From Candidatus Auribacterota bacterium (lineage in GTDB: Bacteria; Auribacterota; UBA6266), in the NCBI GenBank assembly GCA_023136205.1, contig JAGLRQ010000027.1, positions 1 through 26,414 of the forward strand: a DNA stretch of 26,414 nt, in the 5' to 3' direction. This document shows, piece after piece, positions 25,995 to 26,414 of this stretch. How positions within the stretch are numbered: the first letter of the stretch is position 1; each line of letters begins with the position of its first letter. A program made the translations under genes and the position numbers. The notes under the pieces were generated by a model that was not told the DNA's origin, did not search any database, and worked only from the letters and a program-made list of their open reading frames with translations.

Positions 25995-26414
25995 TTATGA
26001 ATAGTTTTCAGCTTCTTTAATCAAAATATGTGCCAACTTTTTCTTAAGAATTACACCAAACCGTTTGTTAATTCCATTATCAAATATTACGGTAGTATCT
26101 ATTTTATCCGATTCAAACCCCGGTCCACTTTTTGAAATTCTGTTGGCTACTATTATATTACATTTTTTCCGCTTAAGCTTACGTTCCGCGTTCTTTACGA
26201 TGTTGTTGCTTTCAGCCGAAAAACCTACTATTACTTTTTTTCCGGAATATTTTTCACCGAGTTTCGCGAGAATATCGGAAGTCCTTTTTAGATTTAAAGT
26301 TAATAAGGCGTCTGTTTTTTTCAGTTTGGTGTGTAACCTTTTTTGCGGTGTATAATCAGCAACCGCGCTGCACATAAAAATAACATCGGCGCTTTTTGCT
26401 TTGTTAAGCACTTC
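25995..26414 (-). CDS. coaBC: CoaBC (Dfp) phosphopantothenoylcysteine synthetase/decarboxylase; C-terminal CoaB part only, with the N-terminus beyond the right edge
   Basis: The CoaB motifs are AAVADY-like SAVADYTPQ, KLKK, SDILAKL, VGFSAES, NAERKLKRKKCNIIVAN. The frame is open to the window edge, so the GTG at 26411 is probably not the real start. Confidence 0.85.
   Translation of the reverse strand, partial: EVLNKAKSADVIFMCSAVADYTPQKRLHTKLKKTDALLTLNLKRTSDILAKLGEKYSGKKVIVGFSAESNNIVKNAERKLKRKKCNIIVANRISKSGPGFESDKIDTTVIFDNGINKRFGVILKKKLAHILIKEAENYS

Overview
This is a low-G+C bacterial window. I cannot assign taxonomy from sequence alone. I call 29 protein-coding genes, 28 of them on the minus strand and tightly packed. 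I saw no rRNA, tRNA, CRISPR array, transposase or integrase.

The left 12 kb (1-11969, minus strand) is one long pilus/secretion operon. In transcription order it encodes:
- a large, atypical prepilin
- a secreted protein with a degenerate trypsin-like domain plus TPR repeats
- three GspG-like pseudopilins, the last lacking Glu5
- a fused PilM-PilN (GspL-like) protein
- a PilO/GspM-like protein
- a PilP/GspC-like protein
- a secretin with a C-terminal TPR tail
- PilT
- a PilB/GspE ATPase that runs off the left edge. This ORF is missing from the supplied track, but I translated it by hand and it stays open from 1382 to base 1.

The operon mixes T2SS-type and T4aP-type parts. It also carries short tandem repeats in the pseudopilin leader regions and a perfect 32-nt palindrome between two genes. 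It is the most interesting part of the window.

The remainder looks like housekeeping:
- a small ORF
- a DtxR-family regulator with feoA-feoB; the two promoters are near-identical and each holds a DtxR-box-like operator
- a SAM methyltransferase, an OsmC-like protein, a zinc-ribbon protein and an MTH938/DUF498 protein
- a PurF-like amidophosphoribosyltransferase whose N-terminal nucleophile Cys is Ser
- a membrane-anchored hypothetical protein and a membrane-anchored PilZ-domain protein
- rsmB, a DUF116 gene and fmt
- a DUF1189-like membrane protein and a plus-strand TPR protein
- an MlaD/MCE protein and the 3' part of coaBC

All assignments come from motif recognition in the translations. No database search was possible.
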